NCBI GenBank assembly: GCA_963837175.1
Contig: CAWIMJ010000013.1
Coordinates: 29,000-92,999, forward strand
Source: an uncultured Nitrososphaeraceae archaeon
GTDB lineage: Archaea; Thermoproteota; Nitrososphaeria; Nitrososphaerales; Nitrososphaeraceae
Reading direction: 5' to 3'
Length of the DNA stretch: 64,000 nucleotides
Both the position numbers and the translations under genes were made by a program. The notes under the pieces are model-generated. The model had not been told where the DNA came from, did not search any database, and saw only the letters and a program-made list of their open reading frames with translations. Of this stretch, positions 56,437-64,000 are shown piece after piece; position 1 is the stretch's first letter, and each line of letters begins with the position of its first letter.

Positions 56437-58311
56437 TTACAAACGCGAGACAAGGTAAAAATTAGTTACGGCTCTAATAGATACCGCTATAAGCCAGATA
56501 CAAATAGGCAACAATATGATATTGCCATTTGCTTGCTTCTTTAGATAGGTTAAAGTAATTGCAGCTGGTATTTGAAATGGAATCACGTAGAATACCCTGC
56601 TCTGCGTTATCCAATCACCAAAAAAAAGAGGCATAACTCCGAGTGATAGAAAGATCACCATGAGAATACTGGATGGCTGGCGAAAATTAGAGTGAATAAG
56701 CCAATAGAACCCAAGTACAAGAAGTAGAAAATTACTAAATTGGCCACCAAGATGAATTTGTGTAACATCTATCAAGTTGCTCCATCGTACCGTAAACTGC
56801 TCTAGACCTACTCCTCCACGGGCAATATTTATATCATTTACTATCCCACTAGCAGAACCTGTTATTGTCATTCTACCAATATCAATAACGACAGAAGATA
56901 AGATGACTAACAGAAGTAATATTATACTTTTTCTGTGATAATAATTGAACTTGAGCAGAACCACCAGATATATTACCATTACGGTTGTCAATACTGTCCA
57001 TGCATAGACATGACTAAGCAGTAAAAGTACAATCAATATAGAATATGAAATGAGGTTCAGTTTACTTGGTTTTTTTAAGAATCTGACAAGAAATACAAAT
57101 GACAAATACCCGATTATTAGTGCAAGCCAATTTGCATAAAAACCGGCATATATGCCGATTAGTGTTTGAAATGATATAGCTGTCAGGAAAGATGCTAGAA
57201 GTGACGTGATATCATTGGAGGTCAGTTCCCGTGTTAAAAGATAGATAACTAAAACAAGTGTCGGTCCTAGTATTAATGGAACATGTTCAATAATATAAAA
57301 GAGATCGGTATAAAAGAGATTGGCATTGGCGTTTACGATTTTCGCGATTGTAAATAAGAATATCAGAGTAAGCGGTCTATCTCCTGCAGACTGTATAACA
57401 AAGGCTTGTCGGATGAATTCTTGAATATCATTTGACTGTATCAGCCTGTTTATCCAATCAACATAGTGGTCACTGTCAACACCTACCTGCTGATTGTCTT
57501 TGTTAAAAGGTGGCTGAGTAGGAATAAGTGTTATGGTAATCGACAGGAGCATAAAAAGTAAAATATAAATGATCTTTGTTATTGATTTTAAGTGGTCATT
57601 AAAAAAAAGGGAATCAAACCTGTTATTATTTTTGATATTTAATATTCCAATCTTGAATTCATTGAACAATAACTTGACAGGAAAACATAGAATTAACAAA
57701 AGCAACAAAATAGGAGAAAAACTGGATACTAACGAGAATATCTCATATTCATAATTAGGTGTAGGTAGAGCTATATTTGAAATAGAAAATAATGGTGTCA
57801 ACGATATCGAAAGACCAACAATTCCTACAGCAATACCTATTATTGCAAGATAATTTACAGCCAAATTTGTATAAATATTTTGAAGAATCATCTTTGATGA
57901 CATCTTGTTATAGATTAAAAGCGCTATTACAAGTGGAATAGAGATTAATGCCGTAAAATCAAGAAGTATATCTAGGCTGATTAATATCCCAAGTATTGTT
58001 AAACCTCCGTATATTGGCAATGTGAAGAGTCGTATTTTCCCTCTTAGATATAATGAGAGCCACAAAATCATTCCAAATGAAATTATTACGTGATCTACAT
58101 TGCTACTAATTATATAATTATCAAATAATCTGGTGTAGATTACACGATCTTCTAAAATATATGTCCTGATCTTAAAATAAGAACCCACCGTATAGATATA
58201 GAAAAAAGAAATTAATGCAAGGACAGTAGAGGCTATGATTGATATATTAGATGTACCTTTCCCCAGAGCTCTGGTGATCTGATGAGTACGCGATATTATT
58301 CTGGCAATCAA
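56437..58311 (-). CDS. Large polytopic membrane protein (possible GT-C/polymerase-like)
   Basis: More than 12 TM segments, VGVDSDHY loop, DRPL; lies in the glycan cluster. Confidence 0.7.
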   Translation of the reverse strand: MIARIISRTHQITRALGKGTSNISIIASTVLALISFFYIYTVGSYFKIRTYILEDRVIYTRLFDNYIISSNVDHVIISFGMILWLSLYLRGKIRLFTLPIYGGLTILGILISLDILLDFTALISIPLVIALLIYNKMSSKMILQNIYTNLAVNYLAIIGIAVGIVGLSISLTPLFSISNIALPTPNYEYEIFSLVSSFSPILLLLLILCFPVKLLFNEFKIGILNIKNNNRFDSLFFNDHLKSITKIIYILLFMLLSITITLIPTQPPFNKDNQQVGVDSDHYVDWINRLIQSNDIQEFIRQAFVIQSAGDRPLTLIFLFTIAKIVNANANLFYTDLFYIIEHVPLILGPTLVLVIYLLTRELTSNDITSLLASFLTAISFQTLIGIYAGFYANWLALIIGYLSFVFLVRFLKKPSKLNLISYSILIVLLLLSHVYAWTVLTTVMVIYLVVLLKFNYYHRKSIILLLLVILSSVVIDIGRMTITGSASGIVNDINIARGGVGLEQFTVRWSNLIDVTQIHLGGQFSNFLLLVLGFYWLIHSNFRQPSSILMVIFLSLGVMPLFFGDWITQSRVFYVIPFQIPAAITLTYLKKQANGNIILLPICIWLIAVSIRAVTNFYLVSRL

Positions 58312-58589
58312 GCTTAATTTAAAAGGTCTATTATCTGGTAAAAAAGATTATCTTAAAATAGAATTTCAAGATAACAGTAGTTCAAATGTAAATAATATAA
58401 ATAAGATTTCACTGTAGAAGTAAATCGCTAGAAGGATGTGTCGAAAAGAGTTCTTGGTTGTATACCAATTTGCATAATTTCTCTAACTCAACAATCGATT
58501 TTTACCTCTGAAATTCCTAAAGTGTAGTTAGAATACTTTTGCTAACTGGTATATATTGAGTGATTTATATGATTTAAAAATTCCATTTC

Positions 58590-58870
58590 ATAATTTTGCA
58601 ATACCCACCAAAGTTTTAAAGCAATGATGCTTGGAATACCAATAATTATTGATAATGGGGTCACGTAAAGTGCTCGATAAATGCAACTCTGGCATTATAG
58701 TAGAGTATACTTATGTAGACCAAATAAAGGCAGCAATAGTTTGTCTAAGAGATAGTATGGAGTTACACAGAACGCTGGGAAATAATGATCGCAAAGCATT
58801 ACTACAAAAATAGAACTGGACTATGATAGAACAGGAATTATATAAAATTTACGAGGGTATATTAGGTCGT
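58590..58870 (+). pseudogene. GT4 C-terminal relic
   Basis: PTKV..AMMLGIPII ... GIIVEY ... NWTMIEQELYKIY with stops and shifts. Confidence 0.55.
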
Positions 58871-58989
58871 AGTGAACGGTATAAAAGTACGTGGTTTTAA
58901 ATTGAAAGCATCTATTGGCGGACGTTTAATTTTAAGTTGCCAATTTGGACAGTATATTTAACTATTTTTTGTTAAACAAACAAATTTAA

Positions 58990-59720
58990 TGTTATTGCTC
59001 CCCAGAACCTAGATACTATAATATCTATATGGGAAGTAGCAAAACTGAAGAAGATAAAAATTATTTACTATATTGCTGATTTTTATTCCGATGCATATAT
59101 TCCAAAGAGAATACTAATGCTAAAACAAATTGTCGCTATGAAATATTCTTAATCAAAAGGGTTGACGTTACTATAATAAAGGCTGGTTTCAGCAAGTTGT
59201 CATATTTTATGGAGCATGAAGCCTCAGATAGGGTTTAACTCAGTTAATGGACGAAGTAGACGGAATTCCTGATCTAAGGTTGGTAGTTGCAGGTCATGGT
59301 CCGATGCACCATGAATTAGAACACAACATTAAAGATAAAACAAACATTTTATATCTTGATAAAGTAGAACACGTTAAAATTCTTCAATTAACATATCTGA
59401 GTAATTGTATTGTAATACTTTATGATCCCAACATACCGAACTTCGTTTATACATCACCCAGTAAAATGTCTGAAGCTATAATATTTGGAAAACCAATAAT
59501 AGCTATCAAAGGAACTCGCATGGGTCAAATATTGTTAGAAGAAAATTGAGGTCTTGTTATAGATTCCAAAAATGTCGACGAGTCTCGACTTGCAATATTT
59601 AAGTTAAAGAACAATCCTAAATTGTCAATTAATCTTTGAAACAATGCTAGAAGTAAATATAAAAATAAATATAACTGGTATATTGTAGAAAATAGATTAT
59701 CAAATACTATCAAATCATTA
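58990..59720 (+). pseudogene. Degraded GT4 glycosyltransferase
   Basis: LVVAGHG, LYDP...SPSKMSEA..GKPII, YNW; internal stops. Confidence 0.65.
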
Positions 59721-60028
59721 TGGTGAACTTCATTAAAGCAGATCTATGAAAAGAAAGATATACAATTTATGAAATCTATAATAGCTTGTCTTGTTGGAAT
59801 TGGCCTTATTTTTAATGCTACTGATATTCTTTTACATAAATAATGATATTCTGGTATTTTAGAACACATAACGTGCTTTTGCCAGTTTAATATACAATGA
59901 TTCTTTCGTAAGATATGGGGTAGTACGCACACACTATTACCGAGCAGCCTTTACCAGGTATATTATAATGTCAATATGATAAGTAATGTTATTTCTAAGT
60001 CACAATAACAATCATATAGAGCAAATTC

Positions 60029-61168
60029 TTATAATATATTTTTTTCAAGACTATTTTCAATGCGCTCTATATCCATCTCTGTTATCAGCGGATGAACGGG
60101 AAGTGATAGAACATGTTCGCTAGCCCAATTTGTATTGATAAGAGGATTTGCCTCTGATAAAATCATCTTTTCATAATACGGAGTCTTGTGGACTGGAGGA
60201 TTGTAATATATAGTAGCACTAATTTTGTCTTGTATCATCTTGTCTTTGATTTTGTCTCTGTTATTCTTTTCAAAGGCTACAGTATAGAGATACCAATTAA
60301 ATTTCTTTTCTTCGTCTTCTTGAGGAAGTTTTAGTTGGACTCTGTCAGCTATGGGAAATAATGATTTTGTCAATAATTCTGCATTTTGTCTTCTTAATTC
60401 TAACATCTTCGTGAGCTTCTTCATTTGAACCTTGGCAATGGCAGCACTCAACTCTGGTAAACGTAGATTAAGGCCAAAAATTCTTGAATCATAACCTTCA
60501 ACCATACCATGATTTCTGATCATTTTTAGCTTGTCTGCAAGGTCCTCATCATTAGTTGCAATTGCTCCACCTTCTCCAGATGTCAATACTTTGCTAGCAT
60601 AAAGGCTAAAGCAACCCATTAATCCAAGGGTTCCAGTCTGTTTTTTCTTATAGGTAGAGCCAAGCGATTGGCACGCATCCTCAATTATATCTAACGAATG
60701 TTTGGCGGCGAGCTCAACAACTTCATCCATGTCAGAAACATGCCCATAAAGGTGAACTGGTATAATTGCTTTGGAGTTCTTTGTAATTTTTGTTCTTAGA
60801 TCAGAGACATCAATAGTATAATCTCTTCTGTTAATATCCACAAAAATAGGCTTTGCACCAGCTGCGACTACAGAGTTGGCAGTAGCAACAAACGTAAATG
60901 ATGGAAGCAAAACCTCGTCACCTTGCTTCACACCTGCAGCAAGTAATGCCGCATGCAATGCAGAAGTTCCTGAATTTACAGCTATGACATATTTTACGCT
61001 TAGATAATCCCTTAAACGGGATTCAAAATCTTGTATCTTCTTTCCTCCATCGTAGGCTGCAGTTGTAAGAGCATTTTCATCTAAAACGCTCATTACTTCA
61101 TGTCGCTCTTCTTCATCTAGACAAGGCCTGTTAATAGGTATCATAGTCATATTTGTTCTTGTTGACAT
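60029..61168 (-). CDS. DegT/DnrJ/EryC1/StrS sugar aminotransferase (WbpE-like)
   Basis: NSGTSAL, PSFTFVAT, PVHLYG, IEDACQS, SLYASKVLTSGEGG, LSLPVHP. Confidence 0.93.
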   Translation of the reverse strand: MSTRTNMTMIPINRPCLDEEERHEVMSVLDENALTTAAYDGGKKIQDFESRLRDYLSVKYVIAVNSGTSALHAALLAAGVKQGDEVLLPSFTFVATANSVVAAGAKPIFVDINRRDYTIDVSDLRTKITKNSKAIIPVHLYGHVSDMDEVVELAAKHSLDIIEDACQSLGSTYKKKQTGTLGLMGCFSLYASKVLTSGEGGAIATNDEDLADKLKMIRNHGMVEGYDSRIFGLNLRLPELSAAIAKVQMKKLTKMLELRRQNAELLTKSLFPIADRVQLKLPQEDEEKKFNWYLYTVAFEKNNRDKIKDKMIQDKISATIYYNPPVHKTPYYEKMILSEANPLINTNWASEHVLSLPVHPLITEMDIERIENSLEKNIL

Positions 61169-61299
61169 GGCAGTAACACACTAAGCACCTATTGTCAGAT
61201 TTTAATATGCTATAACTGTTTATAATAATAAATTGGTTCTCTCTTATACCAGTTAGCAAAAGTATTCTAACTACACTTTAGGAGTTTCAGAGGTAAAAA

Positions 61300-61720
61300 T
61301 CGATTGTTGAGTTAGAGAAATTATGCAAATTGGTATACGTTATAGCCGCCCCACAGCCGCCATCATTTATAAGATATTCTATGGTAGGCTAAATCTAATT
61401 TATGTCTGCTCTTCTTACAGCATCACTTCATATACTAATAGCATTATCTCCAATGTTCTCACTAAAAACTCAGTTTTGACTGATTATGGAAAGAATACAT
61501 TAAATCTTATATTTGGCCATTACCTAATGAATATTAAGAAATTATCTTATGATGATGCTTTCAAAATAATAAAAGACTGATTGAATAGGTGTGATGCGAT
61601 TAAGATATTAGATTCTAACTTTAACTATCGTATAAAATATGTTCTTGAAAAATTAATAAATAATGGTTATCTATCGATGCAGTTAGAAATATTAAAAAAG
61701 AATAGAGAGCATTATATTAT
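61300..61720 (+). pseudogene. PriX-like primase accessory subunit relic
   Basis: LTDYGK..LIFGHYLMNIKKLSYDDAFKIIKD*LNRC..LDSNFNYRIKY, with a TGA where a Trp is expected. Family recognised from recall. Confidence 0.55.
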
Positions 61721-61920
61721 AGCAAGTATAGTTAAACAATAAACTCAGGTATTGCCTTATACTCTAAGCCTTACCAAAATAATTAGCGCAATAATGGGTA
61801 TATTATATTTGGCAATTCATATATTTATGCCGAGAGCTAATTTCAAAAGAAATTCATAACAATATCTAGTACATATATGATAGGATTATTATAGATAATC
61901 TGACTTCAAATATTATGCAT

Positions 61921-62000
61921 TGGTAACAGTTGGTAACAGACGATAACAGAGATAACTGAGTGGTAACAATAGTACCAAAATAGGTAACAAGTGGTAACAA
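61921..62000. repeat. Array of GGTAACA-like heptamers at ~10-bp spacing
   Basis: GGTAACA at 61922, 61932, 61962, 61983 and 61993; variants at 61942, 61951 and 61971. Confidence 0.8.
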
Positions 62001-62161
62001 GAGCTTTAAGCTTCTGTTATGTATAACTAGATATAATAGTAAAGAGGATGCTCTCTTACTAAGCTTTAAAGTTATCATGAGCAAAAGTCGTAATTTCATA
62101 GGATTGAACCTCAGATTAGTAAATAACCTCGTAAGGGTGATTGTATAAACAAATCAAGGAA

Positions 62162-63259
62162 TTATAGAAAAGGTCCTTTATTCTCGTCAAGTATCTTTGT
62201 AGTTTTGCCTTGATCCGAAAAGCCTTGTCCAGTCATCATACCTGATATAATAATTGTTCCTTGCGCATCTGAGTGAACATTAGATATTACAGCTCCAGGG
62301 GCGCCTAGCTCGATGTCCCAAATATCGACGTTTATGAAGGAATTACCAAGATGTCTGATGTTTCTTACTCCGTGTAGAGTATTTGAGTCACTCTGACATT
62401 CGATATTTATGAAACGATTCCTGTGTATTCCAGTTATAGTACTATCTATGTAAGGTCCATCCATAACAAAGTCGATAAATATGTGATTTGACCCCATCTT
62501 CAAACCCTCAAACAAGTTGGCATTTACCCATCCTTGTCTCTCTCGTGGGGCTTTAGGATCGCTTGTAGCTACCAATTGTATTCCTATATTTGCATTGCGT
62601 ATTGTTGTATTCATAAATTTGTTAAATAGAACTCCCGCTCCAACACCATGAAGCAGTATTCCAGTCCACTGTCTCTGTGGGGTAGGACCCCTCTCCATAA
62701 TATATCCTCCATCAATGGTACAATCAGTAATTGTTCTGTCTGCACTAGATTCTAGTTTGAATACATGGCCCGCATATCCACTAGGAACACTAAATAGTGC
62801 TTGGGGACTTAATGTTAAAGTTGTAAAAGAGCTCAAATTAAATCCTTGAAAAGAAGGACTCAAATCATATACTCCATCTAGTATGTGAATACGTCCTGGC
62901 CCTGCCCTTACTCCCGATGGACTATCGAACGGTCCATGATCATTTAAAGCATTTTGTATTACAACTTCACTAATGGGATGATGTATTGGATTACTGCCAT
63001 CAGATTTCTGTGCAACGGTTTCCAACCCCCTTTTGTAAATAATATAAGCGAAGGCTTGTTGTTGAGAAGGAGGAAGAGTTACTACTTGACGTCCAGCAAC
63101 AGCTTTTCTATTCAACAATAATTTGTGAAGATCGCCTAGTCCTGCAATACCTAAAACAAGACCGCTAGCTATTCCAAGCATCTTGAGAAAATTTGCCCTC
63201 GATATTTTTTCTCGTGTTTTATCATTGCCATTATCGTCTTCTTTGTCAACTGTTGTCAC
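62162..63259 (-). CDS. Secreted or membrane-anchored right-handed beta-helix (pectin-lyase-like) protein with Tat-like signal
   Basis: ISRANFLK followed by a hydrophobic helix; IQNALN..G.IHI.DGVY; repeating GI.L / N.F.N strands. Confidence 0.7.
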   Translation of the reverse strand: MTTVDKEDDNGNDKTREKISRANFLKMLGIASGLVLGIAGLGDLHKLLLNRKAVAGRQVVTLPPSQQQAFAYIIYKRGLETVAQKSDGSNPIHHPISEVVIQNALNDHGPFDSPSGVRAGPGRIHILDGVYDLSPSFQGFNLSSFTTLTLSPQALFSVPSGYAGHVFKLESSADRTITDCTIDGGYIMERGPTPQRQWTGILLHGVGAGVLFNKFMNTTIRNANIGIQLVATSDPKAPRERQGWVNANLFEGLKMGSNHIFIDFVMDGPYIDSTITGIHRNRFINIECQSDSNTLHGVRNIRHLGNSFINVDIWDIELGAPGAVISNVHSDAQGTIIISGMMTGQGFSDQGKTTKILDENKGPFL

Positions 63260-63309
63260 AAATCAATACCCCATATTTTCGTTATAAAGCCCTTTTCTTA
63301 CGAGGAGCG

Positions 63310-63560
63310 CTCTAATTATTCCTCTTTAACTACTGATTTGTATATTCCACTCTGAAATATCTTCTTAGTAATTCACTCTTACTTGATTTGATCGATACTT
63401 GTAAGAGTAGATACTAATGCTTGTACCTGCGATTCCATTGCATTAAATTGGTCCTGTATATTTCTTAGTTGGTCATCTTTGTCTTGCAACCTTACTTTTA
63501 TATTTCACTATCCTTGCTCTTTTAATTCTAAAACTTGCTTCTGCAGTATTAGTTTATACA
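63310..63560 (-). pseudogene. Coiled-coil C-terminal relic typical of integrase-like genes
   Basis: LQKQVLELKE..RLQDKDDQLRNIQDQFNAMESQVQALVSTL with frameshifts. Confidence 0.35.
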
Positions 63561-63611
63561 ATACATTTATTACAAGAAAATAGCTTCAAAAAGTAACGCC
63601 GCATAGAGATT

Positions 63612-63632
63612 AATGAGTTATGCAACAATGCA
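63612..63632. mobile_element. Orphan terminal inverted repeat of the IS903-like element
   Basis: AATGAGTTATGCAACAATGCA matches AATGAGTTGTGCAACAAAGCA (45275-45295) at 19 of 21 positions. Confidence 0.7.
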
Positions 63633-63689
63633 GATAATTACTATATTTCATAATGCTTAAATGAAAATAATATTTACTATAGTAATATA

Positions 63690-64000
63690 ATGAAACGCAG
63701 TTACGTTATCCTGATTGCCGGTGCTATCATTTTCATTGCTGGAATAGCTATTTTTCTAGTATATTCTCATTCGTCCATAAATCCATTTCTGAGTGAAAAC
63801 ACAATAGTGAGCAACAGTCCAATTCTACCAGGTCAGTCCATCAATATATCCAGAGAGGCAGTTGAAGCAGGACGCGGCTTGTCTCTTGTTATATCATCTG
63901 AACCATTCGATGTTAGTTTGAGAGCTGAAACCAAAGATCCTAAGGGAATAATTCTATCTAGCAATGAATTCAGCGAACGATTACTTACTACAATCAAACC
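63690..64000 (+). CDS. Membrane-anchored hypothetical protein, runs off the window end
   Basis: MKRSYVILIAGAIIFIAGIAIF... open to the end of the window. Confidence 0.65.
   Translation, partial: MKRSYVILIAGAIIFIAGIAIFLVYSHSSINPFLSENTIVSNSPILPGQSINISREAVEAGRGLSLVISSEPFDVSLRAETKDPKGIILSSNEFSERLLTTIK

Noticed and set aside
844-59932. Numerous short ORFs antisense to or nested in real genes (e.g. 844..1143, 4889..5167, 35076..35519, 41140..41403, 55859..56209)
   Set aside because: Shadow frames of well-supported genes or AT-rich noise, with no motifs.

Overview
AT-rich archaeal DNA, most consistent with a soil ammonia-oxidising archaeon (Nitrososphaeraceae). This is inferred from gene content (DUF504 beside class II RNR, FUN14, PsbP-like, NHL and PriX-like genes, typical IS5/IS6 and integrase relics); no rRNA or amo marker is present. 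The window holds (i) a housekeeping stretch: nucleotide-sugar dehydrogenase, nrdJ, an aconitase-family large/small pair and asnB; (ii) a decaying accessory zone of about 14-30 kb with secreted repeat proteins, IS elements and pseudogenes; (iii) a surface-glycan region (fcl, epimerase, flippase, glycosyltransferases, WbpD/WbpE-like genes); and (iv) a complete glycine cleavage system with lipoate synthesis and ligation genes, split by a nested mobile-element insertion. The most intriguing unexplained signals are a ~240-nt candidate structured RNA at 2456-2693, the GCS/lipoate cluster, an aconitase-family enzyme lacking one Fe-S cysteine, a ~10-bp-phased GGTAACA array beside a primase-subunit relic, and a tRNA-like relic lacking an anticodon arm. 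Several genes are broken only by small insertions, which may be sequencing errors. All calls come from reading the sequence; no database search was run.
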